From positions 84,444,001 to 84,508,000 of the forward strand of contig NC_083277.1 in the NCBI RefSeq assembly GCF_963506605.1: DNA of 64,000 nucleotides, in the 5' to 3' direction. Shown here in pieces: positions 21,401-31,346 of the stretch. The position numbers and the translations under genes are program-made. Source of the DNA: Zootoca vivipara (Eukaryota). Under the pieces are notes generated by a model. The model was not told the origin of the DNA. It saw nothing but the letters and a program-made list of their open reading frames with translations, and ran no database searches. Numbering within the stretch: position 1 is the first letter of the stretch; each line of letters opens with the position of its first letter.

Positions 21401-24400
21401 GGGGGAGAGCCCGCTTTTGATGCCCGCCAGACGAACCTGCCCCCAAAACTCTCGACTTGGGGTTTTTAAAGGGAATCCGCTTTGCTGGAGCGGCATTCCC
21501 TTTCTTCAAAGTGCCAAGGTCCGCTCCGCTGAACGGACCTCCAACCTCGATGGCGACGCGACCAACCGGAAGTCTCTATTCTTTCTTCACTTCAATGTAC
21601 TGCTTATCCTCTTGATCCAATTCCCTCTCCCATTTTAGTAAATATTGATTTGTTTTTCTCTTACCTATACCTTTCTTCAAGTGTTGTTTCTTCTTGCTTT
21701 GAACATGCTAGTGTCCAACAGTCATAAAAATGTCCACATATATTCCCGCCCCCCGCCCCTGACTTTGGGAAGCTAGGATTTTTAAAGCAAGATGTGACAA
21801 CCCTTGAGGGAAACAAGAGGTAAATTGTGTGTGGTGGTGAGGGCCCAATAATTACTAAACTGGATTTAGATCAGGGGGGACTTAACTGCTCCTCTTAATC
21901 TTATCTAAATGTGACAGTTTTCTTTCATCTAATTTTTTATGGTCCTTTTCAGCTGGTTTTTGATTCAAACATTCTAGTGTGACTGCTCTGTGGAAAATCT
22001 AAAGTGGTATTATGTGCTGAAAGACACCAGCTTTCTCTGTATGTACTTTCATCAGTTTTGGGTACAGGTGATCACTCTGCTTCTTTTACAGTTCTTTCGG
22101 ACTGGACAGTACCATCCTCTCCTGCTTTCACTCCTGTGTCATGAAAGCTTCTTTTAAGTCTTCCTCAATTATTATTCTAAGCCCTCTTCTCTTCACTCTT
22201 TATATGCTTTCTCTTAGCAATCCAATTTATTCTTGTGTCTTGCAATGTGCCACCATTATACAAATGATTTCAGGCTCTATTGTTTGGTCCTTCTCTCCCC
22301 TTTACCAATACCTTATTTCAAATTGTCTGTATCTGCCTGGATGTCACTGTGCAAAAGATACTTTGCCTTCTCTTCCAAAGTTCCAATTGGCACCAACCTT
22401 CAAGAGTTTTGGTGTTATCTTTGATCTCTTTCTATTTCGGCTCACATGTCTACTTAAGGTCTGCCAATTTAATTTCTATAAGATTTCTAAATTTGTTCTT
22501 TATGTCAGCTAACATTCTTGTTCAGACCTACAGCCTACCTTGTGTTAACTACTAAAATGTCTTGTTCACTGATCTTCCTGTTTCTCAATTTAAACATATT
22601 ATTTCTGTTTTCTCTTTTCTGCTTTCTTCAGTCATTTTATACCTCTCTATATATTTCCCTTCACAGGCTTCATGAAGTTTAAACTTCTTAAAGGTTAAGA
22701 AAAGAAGTTTAAACTTTGTATAAAGCAATACAGGAAGGAATACTGATAGAAAAAAAGGGCAAGAATATGATTAGATATGAAGGTTACACCTGTTCATGTT
22801 TTTGCCCCCTTTTCTATCTGTTGCCTTCCATTTTTGTCTTTGGTAACTCAGTTAATAAAGCACTGTTATTTTTAATTAAATCTCTACTATATAGTTATAT
22901 TTCTTAAACCCATGCTTTCTTTTTTATGTCTAGGACTATTTTCCCTTTACATTTTTGCCCAGCCCCATCATCTAATGAAGAAACAGTTTTAAAAACTTCT
23001 GTCTTGATGTGCTATTTGGATTTTTTTTGTTTGTTTCTTCCTTACTTCTAAAGTTCATTACTGTAGTCTTTTAACGCTTTCCTTCTTTCAGATAGTGCAG
23101 CTCCACTTCCCTTCCCTTTTGTTTCTTCATAGCTTCTGCTAAACGGGGACTTATTTCTGTACAATGGCCTAGGAGCATATGTTAATAATTTTATAACTAA
23201 AAAATTACAAAGTAAGTTTACTTTTGATAACTATGAGTCTTAAGTGCCATCAGAAAGGGGAGGAAGAACTGGACTTTTCAACAGCTGTTTTGAATAGACA
23301 CAAAACTTTTAATTTTAAAAACAAGAGTTACTGAGGTATAAAATTACCACAGACCAACCACAGAGGTTTTCAGTAATGTAAGTGCCATTCTTTGAAATAT
23401 GTTAACAGACATGCTTTGAAGATGGAGCTTCCTTCAAATATTGTGCACAGATTTTACAGACTAAACTCTGTTGTTTTATTCTCTTCCCTGAGCTCATAAG
23501 CCATTAGTCATTATCTCGTTTTAAGCATGATTCATTGCACCTATTCCAAAAATTCTGCCACATTTGGCAATTATGCCTAGCATGAGATGATTTGCATCTG
23601 TAATAGATTGCAACACCCAATGCAGCACAACAAATGAGCAAGTAGGTGTTTGATTCGTGCTGTAACTAGCAAAACCATTTTTAAAATTAAGAATAGCATG
23701 CCCATGCCTGTGCTTAGTTGCCAGAAAGAAGCTCACTTTTACTGACAGTAAATCACTAGTTATCAGGCTCTATACCCCTTGTATGAGGAGAACATGTGTT
23801 TCCAGAAATCATCTCCCTTTGCAGCCACTGCCAGTCAATTTGGACAGTACTGAAACAGATGGACTCAGTATAAGGCAGCTTCCTCCGTTACTATGACCAG
23901 TGCTTTCTCTTAAAATCTTAGAATCCTTCTGGGAATTCATAATGGCTACCAAGCAAAGACAGCAATTTCCCTGCTTTGACCCAGCCAGGATTACTGCCTT
24001 GGCATATCGGGATAATACCAGGATAATAGCTTTATTACAAATTTTATATACCATGATAGCTGTGATTCTGGCATTGCAGGGGATTGGACTAGATGACCCA
24101 TGGGATCCCTTCCAACTCCACAATTCTCTGATTCTATGATCATCATAAAGTAGCTTTTAAGGTGTAGGATAGAATCCTGCTTTCTGCAAGTGTGGTAAAG
24201 GATACCTGTCTAAGGTGATAGCTTGTGAGATCATGTCCTATTGCAGGAAGGGGACCCTTTCACAGCCTGAAGATCACATTCCCTCCTGGGTCCCCTGTGG
24301 GGGCTGCACTCCATTGGTGGGTGGAGCCAGGTGTAAAAGTAGGCACAGCAAGGGATGTGGATTCTTACATTTCTCCAGTAGTTTACATTCCATCCATGCA

Positions 24401-27400
24401 AACGTCAGCTGGTGCAAAACGCAGCAGTCTAGATTGCATCTAGGGTTTCCCTTTCAGAACTCTGCATTCTTTCCCAGTTTGTTTCTTAGCACAATTCAAA
24501 GTAGTAGTAACTGCCTATAAAGTCTTAAAACAATTGGGGACCAGGATGAGTGAAGAACCACCATCTCTCGCTTGAGCTTTCCTTCCACTTGCAGTAATCA
24601 TTGGAAGTCTATCTTAATCATCCTTGAGTGGGCATTTTCAACCAGAGTGGCCAGGTTGAGGAGCTCCCAGCACTAGGATTCTAGTGGATGCCTGTCTGAT
24701 TCATGACTTACCTATTTGCATTTCAGTGTGCTACAAAACCTTGTTGTTTTGCCATGTCTTTCAGTTTGGTTTTGTCTCTCCCCCCTTCCCCACATATTTT
24801 AACGTATGGCTTCTAGTTTTTAGTTTAGTTCTAAGTTTAGTCTTTATTATTTTATGGAGAGTATATTGTTTTAATCAATGCACAGGGTCCCCATGAGAAG
24901 CCAGAAGACACTATTATTTATATTTATTAAAATATTTATAATAAATAAACCACAATGGGAGTTACTTTTGAATAGACATGTACCAGATTGCATTGTTAGT
25001 CTTCTAATTATAAAAGACCTGTGTGAACTCATTGCACATAAAAGGAGAATATGCTTTCTGTGATGAGTGCATTTTACTTCTTAACTCTCCCATACATTAC
25101 TCAACAGTAAAACCTGAAAAACCTGCCAATGCAGTCTAACATTTGATGACAATGCACTGTGTTTACTAGGCCCGATAACGGTCAAAAAATTACCACATAA
25201 CTTAGGTTCAAAAAAGCAAGTCACCCACAAAGGAACTGTGGTAATTAGGGAAGAACAGGCTTCAGCATTATGGGCCTAAGTGATGTCTGACCATTTTGTT
25301 TTGTTTCTAACCCACAGACCAATGACATTTCTGACATGTGCCCCAACAACAGTTTAGCCTTTGCCTGATACTGCTTCACATTATTTTCAAATGCCTTTAG
25401 TGCAATAGTCTGTATAATAAATAGGAAAAATAGCTGTTATACCCCATTACATTAAAAAAAAAGACGTGTGTACCTGGGAAGGGATAGGCAGAGACTTTAG
25501 ATATATATATTTTAAAAACAAACCAATATTTAAAGTGGATTTGTAGGCTTCTGAGATAAAGATTTCCCTCTTTAGCCCTCACATCGATTCTAATGAGGAA
25601 AACCAGGAACAGATGAAGGAGCTCAGCGGAGAAAGGAGAGGGTGTAAGTGAACTTCTGGCATGTTCCTAACTCTCCAAACCATTACAGTGGTACCTTGGG
25701 TTAAGAACTTAATTTGTTCTGGAGGTCTGTTCTTAACCTGAAACTTCTTAACCTGAGGTACCACTTTAGCTAATGAGGCCTCATGCTGCTGCCGCGCCAC
25801 TGCCACGCAATTTCAGTTCTCATCCTGAAGCAAAGTTCTTAACCTGAGGTACTATTTCTGGGTTAGCGGAGTCTGTAACCTGAAGCATCTGTAACCCAAG
25901 GTACCACTGTACAAATATGGCGTCTGAACTGAGCCATTGTGTTTGTTTGGTGTTTTTTTTTTTAAAAAAAACACAACGTAGGGCTTTATTTTGAATGCTT
26001 AACCTATAGACTGAGATATGACTTTATTAAAAAGACAAAATATCTGAGAAAAATCAGAACAAATTCATTTACCTGTACGAGGCTTTGCATTTTAGTTTAA
26101 ATCCTAAAAAAAAAAAAGCACCCTTGTGGAGGGAGATCAGGGGCAGCCATTAACACCATTTATTTATGCTGACTTAAAACAAAATATAAACCAGGACATT
26201 CTTTTACATCTTGGAAATGTACTCACTAGCAGGGCTTGGGCAGTCCCATCATGCACACCAAATACAACTTTGCTGCTGAAATTTTGAGAGCTTATTTAAA
26301 AAAAAAATAGCCTCCCCAAAGTCAACCCCCCTGAATGAAAGATCAGACCTGTTCTGATGTTTAGATTTATTTCTTTAAAGGGAAAATGCAGGTCCCTATA
26401 AAAAAGAACTGAACTAAAAATAATAAATCACAAGTACGACAAATCAGGTAGCTAGGTGGGTGGGTGCTCAGAGACATTTCAAAAGTGGCAAGTAAGGTAG
26501 GGTAGGGATAAGAGGAGGGAGAGAGATTTAAATATGCATCCCTATTGACAATAAACAACACATTTAGATAATTTAAGAATATAAATGGCAAGAGGCAGCA
26601 TTTTAGCAGCAAAGTGCTAAAAGGGTATGTCACAAAAGAAAAGGGCAAAGCCACAGCTCAGAGGAAATACGGTGTGGTTGTTCTTGGGGGGATCACACGT
26701 TCTGAGTCTGGAACTGCACGGAAGAGCTTTGGTTCCCTTGTATTTACATCTTTAAATACCATGATTGAGGCAATATTTCCACAGCGGTAGCAGTAGTTCG
26801 GAGCAGACCACACTGTGACCAACTTCTCATCAAACATAAATTTATAACCTTCATGTACCAGCTGGTGGGCTCGGCAGATGAGCTTTAAGTTGTTGATATG
26901 GACAAACTCATTTGTGACTTTTGCCCCAAACAGCCAGCCTGCACCTCGGGGACTTATGGCCCAGGTGTCCACATCTTCTGGGTCAGACCAAACAAGGTCA
27001 CAAAAAGCTCCTTTGTGTGGGATCTCTTGGTTGCGCTCAATAGTCCGAATCTGGTCCAGTGTTTTTATGTCTGGAGACAGGCCCCCATGTACACAGAGGA
27101 TTTGCTCATCTATTAACGCTGCTACTGTGAGCATGTCAAAAACTTTGGTGCAGTATCTCCAGGCATTAGCATTACCATATTTGGTTTGGCATTCATCATA
27201 AAATCCATACACTTGAGTTATCTGTCTGCTCTCATGGTTCCCACGTAAAAGTGTGATGCGATCAGGCCATTTTGCTTTTAGGGCAAGAAGATAGGTAAAC
27301 GTCTCAAGGCTATAATAGCCTCTGTCTACAAAGTCACCCATAAATATATAGTTTGTGTCAGGAACCTGACCTCCAGTTCTGAACAATTCGCATAAATCAT

Positions 27401-30400
27401 AAAACTGTCCATGTATGTCGCCGCAGACTGTAACTGGTGTAGACAATGGCTGCACGTTAGATTCTTCTAGGAGGAGGTCACAGACGTAGTCACACAAGCG
27501 CTTGAGGTCGTTCTCGGGCAGATACTTGCAAAGCCGCGCAATCTCCACATACTTGTCCAAGTCCAGGGGCGCCATTTTGGGAGGGCAGCTTTCTCGGGGG
27601 AGAAGGTTGTAGGTAGGAAAAGAGAAAAAGTGGAGAGGAGGGTGCTGCGAGGTAAGAGAGAGGACTGGAAGTGAGAACACGGCACTTCCTGATGGTGAAG
27701 CGAGAAACCCACTCCCTCGAATTTCCGGATGAAAAAGGGCGAATGTCCCTTAAAAGCAATAAATAAGCGAAAGCCAAAAGGAAGAAGGTCGCAAGGACGC
27801 CTCCTTTTCTCTTCCCCTCTCTCCCTCCCCTCCCACGGCAGGAGGGAAGCCAGACCGGAAACGAGGAGACCCACTTCCGCCGTCTGAACTGAGCCATTGT
27901 GAATCAGATCGTCTCTTGTACACTTTCTACTCCCTAATACACTGTTCCGGATACAGAAATAACTAAGACGAACTTTTCTACTGGGTGGTGTGTATGATGT
28001 ACATATTTGCTGTCAGAAAGGCAGCACATTTCTTAAAATGTTTCTTCTTCAGACATCTCCACCCTGACCCTACCATTGCCCCATGCCTTCAAGGCTTCTG
28101 GCACCCAATACAAATGGGTGCATGCAGAAAATAATTACCAGCTTTGCCCCAAGTAGTTATAATTATTTTTATTTAATGGCACAGGCGGCATTTTCCCCTC
28201 AAGCATAAAGCAAATGAAAAAAAAGTTTCGCTTTGAAAGGAGATTGAAATTATCTGCAAAATGGTGTGCACAAAGTTGTATCATCTTTTTCCCTGGGATA
28301 TGTCCTGAGCATTGCCTAGTATAGCACCTTGAGCAGAGTCAATGCTTAGTGCTTCATTTCTATGGGTTCATTTTCCCATTTATCAACAGACATAAGAAAA
28401 GCTAGATCTAAAGTCTATTGCAGTTTGCAACTTGAAATGTCCATCTTTTCAGCTACCAGCTGATTTGGTACCAATTGGCAGATCAGCTTGATGGGAAGGA
28501 CTCAATTTCAAATGGCAGGCTGAATCTACTCACAAAAAACTCATGAGCTGAAACTATTAGCTGAATATTTGCAAATAGCTACAATAAGAATATGCTGGGA
28601 AGAATGACCAAAAAGTGAATCCCCATCTCTCCTGGCAAGAGGAAGGATGGTGTCTACATACCATGATGCTGTACTGTAAATCCATGCTTATTTACAAATA
28701 TGTTAGTCCCATTAATCACATTTGAATAATGTTTAGAACTGGACTGCATGGGTGCAGTCCTGCTGCTACTGAAGTCAGTGACAAGTCTGTCATTGGGTGG
28801 TGTAGTCATTGTCAAAAATGAACTCATTAAATTTTTGATGTGGAATCATATTCTGAGGAAGATTTTATTTTGCTTTGAATTAAATCAAATTAAAGATATG
28901 CATAGGTTCAGGTTTTCAGCTGCATCTGACATGGTCTGAGCCTCTCATTTGTCAAGTTCAATGAAGGAATGAACTATAAATAAATGTTCCAGTGTTAATG
29001 CCAAAAATACTCATCCTATCCATATCAGTTCTTCAGAAACACTTGGTAGTACTATTATAATCTTGTGCTATACTTATTCTTGTCTCTTCCTTTTTTAAAA
29101 GAACATAAATCAGACCCTCATCCACCTTTACTACTTTTAGGCAGATGTCCAGATGTCTTGCACTGTTCTAAATATTTAGCATATCAGCAGGCTAAAAAGA
29201 TTCATCATATTGATTCAGATATATGTGGTGAATTTTTCACTCTCTGTTTGTTAGGGTAATACCATTCAGAACCTATGCTTAACCTCCTGTGAGGGCCAGC
29301 TCTACCATTAAGCAGAGACAGCTGCCTTAGACGGCTATGGGGTGTCATGAAAGGGTAGTAAATTGAAAGTTATTTAATTTGCCGTTGTATTTTTACTGCT
29401 GAGAAGGGGAGAGATACGGTACTTGTGGGATTTTCTGCCACAGGTGCAAAATAAATTGACTACCTTTGAGTACTAGACACCTTGTCTTGGCAGTGGGTGA
29501 GCTGGAAGCATTTGCTCTTCCACGCAGTCAGAAAAATGGGCCCCAGTCACCATGTTTTCAGCTACAAGAAGAAAGATACATGCTACATTGGGGTAATGTA
29601 CATTGTTTTTATTGGTCTTTACCCTAGAAACGATGGAAGAAACGATCACATGACCATTTCCCTGTCAGGTGCTGATAAGTAAAGTATGTTTTTCAGTGTC
29701 CACCACGGAAACCAAGTGAGCTACCAGTGGAGGAAGAGATAGCATTCCGGATGCTGAGAAAGGAAGGTGCATGGCTGTACATGCATGGGGGCAGTGTGAG
29801 AATGAATGAATGAGTGCATTGGTGGGTGTAAGGTAAAGTTTAAAAGGGAGGTTCACAGTGGATGTGTGTAAATGGGGTATCCCCAGCCACTTTTGGCTTC
29901 AGACCTATCCAGTCAGAGGTGGAGCTAGCTGCTCTGGCACCCGGAGCAGCGCATATGTGTCCCAGAGGGGCGCAGCCCGTGGTGAGCGTCCCAGGGGGTG
30001 GCACTGCAATGCCAACCCCCCTCAGGCTTGACACCCGGTGCGGATTGCACCCCCTTCCTCCGCCAGTGTATCTACTGCCAGTAAGCAGGCAGCCAGAGAG
30101 CATTTTCCCTGAGGAAATGTGGTACTCAACTTTTTTATAAAGTTCCCCACTCTGCTGCATATGGTTACATAGTTTATACTGTACTTTTAAAACAGCAGAC
30201 AGCTACCTTCAAGAACTCAAAAAGTGATTAATTTTTCAAAAAATAAAAATCTCCACCAATACTCAGCATTCCCGATGGTCGCTCTAAGCAAACTGAAAGA
30301 AGCACAAGATCTGTATAGCAAACCTTTCCAGTCTCTATTTAAGAAGAGGTATTCTTCGTAGCTTCTCAAAGCAGTTGTAAAGCACAAGCTTGCTGACCTG

Positions 30401-31346
30401 GCACAGAACACAAACCCCAAATACAAACTTACACCATTCCTCTTCTTCAATGAAATATGCACAGCAAAATGTTAATCTCCTCCATTTAGTGTGCATCCTT
30501 TAATTTGGTGAGAATATGAGCATCACTGTCGTCATGATTTCAAGAAAACAAAGTGGAGGCAGCAGTTCATTTTAGCACTAGGATTAAATGACTTTAAGAG
30601 GACCAAATAAAATTGTTTGGCTGTGTCCTTGTATGTGCTTTAGTTCTTCTGCCTGTAGCTCTGCTGGGTCTACAGAACACTTAGTTTCACCAAGCTAGTC
30701 TGACCATGGTCATTACATCTACATGACATTTAACTTTACTGACTCATAAGGAAATTTTACAGTGCATTTGGGCTCACACCTTGTAATTCAGTTGACAGGA
30801 ATGGGCAACCTTCTAACGTTAAGGGAGGTGTGTGAAACCTGATTATTTGCAATAACCTAAACGTGGATCGTAGGGAAGCATAATCAAAGCAGATGACGGC
30901 AACACGGCAGCTAGTAGCCGATGGGCTTTCCTGCCATTGCAGTTTCTAAAGAAGGCTACCAGAGAGCTCAAGGCACTTGGGAAGGCAGATCATGCCCTGT
31001 CATGGAAGCCCTGCCCTATAACTGCCAAGGTGTGGGAGGTGTCTGCGGTGACTCAGTAATCGCGAAAGGCAGCCCTGCACAAACACTACCTTCCTCCGTG
31101 CAGTCTACAGGTGTAAGAAAGAGCTACCTGCCGCCCAATAACCGAGGCTAGCCTAGAGCTTGGCCGCAGGTACAACCCCCGCAGGCTCCCCCGTTGCTGC
31201 TTACCCATATTGTACCCGTAAGGCGACTCGGTGGCTCCATCCTCCAGGCTGGCTAGTATCTCTCCTTTGCCCACGTCGCTGTCGCCCACCAGCAGGAATT
31301 TCAGCAAGAAGTCATAAGCTTTCACAGGGCTGCCCACGTGGTTCAT
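12405..31346 (-). CDS. RAB40B: Ras-related protein Rab-40B (Rab GTPase + SOCS box), 6 exons, 278 aa
   Basis: Exons 31346-31205, 15920-15860, 15308-15248, 14923-14846, 14059-13837 and 12676-12405 (142/61/61/78/223/272 = 837 nt). Motifs GDSDVGK, WDTSGQ and GNRLHL, SOCS box [11 protein letters not shown]...[12 protein letters not shown]-terminus CTRNSCKIS. Lies between WDR45B and FN3KRP as human RAB40B does. Confidence 0.96.
15455..15570 (-). mobile_element. MIR-like/squamate SINE fragment
   Basis: CCAAGGTCACCCAGTGAGCTTCATGG...GGAATTTGAACCCTGGTCT pattern; ends approximate. Confidence 0.5.
16950..17242 (+). mobile_element. L2-type LINE 3' fragment
   Basis: ORF2 tail [15 protein letters not shown]...[10 protein letters not shown]; 3' end CCCAGCCAGATGGGTGGGGTATAAATAATAAA(TTA)n. 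Short related ends at ~11377-11452 (-) and ~56567-56605 (+). Confidence 0.8.
19610..21574 (-). mobile_element. 5'-complete non-autonomous L1-like retroelement (~1.97 kb, no RT)
   Basis: Starts GACTTCCGG with a CpG-rich 5' region; AATAAA at 19631-19626, then an A tail; 10-bp TSD TCTATTCTTT at 19600-19609 and 21575-21584. Confidence 0.75.
20344..20754 (-). CDS. 136-aa ORF inside the L1-like element, with a coiled-coil-like segment (possible ORF1p remnant)
   Basis: ATG-initiated; heptad-like [34 protein letters not shown] followed by an acidic tract; purine-rich sense strand as in L1. Confidence 0.35.
   Translation of the reverse strand: MSTSGTSVFQRTVLKLLGNLIDGQQQLRAQLRDVREQCQELNKTLQNEINNGKLIPEDRRQEYTEEEGNAQQGEEKDQDFMDSSDPLEWEKQELELISWEMWENVNRQGKECGKMEGQREGKAGAWVVKWERMGVG
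21960..22620 (+). mobile_element. Old, highly degenerate L2 LINE RT fragment
   Basis: Remnant [14 protein letters not shown]...[10 protein letters not shown], resembling L2 LGPLLFSLY...YHLYADDTQIY, split across frames. Confidence 0.55.
24060..24141 (+). mobile_element. CR1 3' terminal fragment
   Basis: GGACTAGATGACC...CCCTTCCAACTC...ATTCTATGAT, the typical CR1 3' end. Confidence 0.75.
25686..25909. mobile_element. Tc1/mariner (pogo/Tigger-like) MITE
   Basis: TA|CAGTGGTACCTTGGGTTA...TAACCCAAGGTACCACTG|TA terminal inverted repeats with TA TSD. Confidence 0.9.
25942..27880 (-). other. PPP6C: Processed (retrotransposed) copy of PPP6C mRNA: 5' leader, CDS, 3' UTR and A-rich tail
   Basis: 21-bp direct repeat CGTCTGAACTGAGCCATTGTG at 25921-25941 and 27881-27901; T-rich tail 25942-25963; AATAAA (minus) at 25990-25985; no introns. 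Confidence 0.95.
26658..27575 (-). CDS. PPP6C: Serine/threonine-protein phosphatase 6 catalytic subunit, intact intronless retrocopy (305 aa)
   Basis: MAPLDLDKY...TTTPYFL, 918 nt with no disruption; PPP motifs GDIHG, GDFVDRG, RGNHE and SAPNY. Matches recalled human PPP6C except L for V at residue 44. Expression cannot be shown from sequence. Confidence 0.93.
   Translation of the reverse strand: MAPLDLDKYVEIARLCKYLPENDLKRLCDYVCDLLLEESNVQPLSTPVTVCGDIHGQFYDLCELFRTGGQVPDTNYIFMGDFVDRGYYSLETFTYLLALKAKWPDRITLLRGNHESRQITQVYGFYDECQTKYGNANAWRYCTKVFDMLTVAALIDEQILCVHGGLSPDIKTLDQIRTIERNQEIPHKGAFCDLVWSDPEDVDTWAISPRGAGWLFGAKVTNEFVHINNLKLICRAHQLVHEGYKFMFDEKLVTVWSAPNYCYRCGNIASIMVFKDVNTREPKLFRAVPDSERVIPPRTTTPYFL
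29914..30068. mobile_element. Small hAT-like MITE
   Basis: Imperfect TIRs CAGAGGTGGAG / CTCCGCCAGTG; imperfect 8-bp TSD TATCCAGT / TATCTACT. Confidence 0.45.

Noticed and set aside
26367-26654. 95-aa ORF right after the PPP6C stop, and antisense ORFs at 26878-27201
   Set aside because: These are copied 3' UTR and the shadow frames of a real CDS; no independent coding signal.
26658-27575. Treating this as the primary PPP6C locus
   Set aside because: No introns, a tail and TSDs show a retroposed copy. Whether the parent still exists cannot be seen from this window.
27576-27680. 35-aa N-terminal extension in the 340-aa ORF call
   Set aside because: It starts at GTG in the copied 5' leader; the conserved start is the ATG at 27575 in strong context. 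The open frame matters only for the chimera hypothesis.
12405-31346. Calling the gene RAB40C or RAB40A
   Set aside because: The 278-aa length, YDFLLKF/EILASL/DRLWRP residues and the WDR45B-FN3KRP neighbourhood fit RAB40B.
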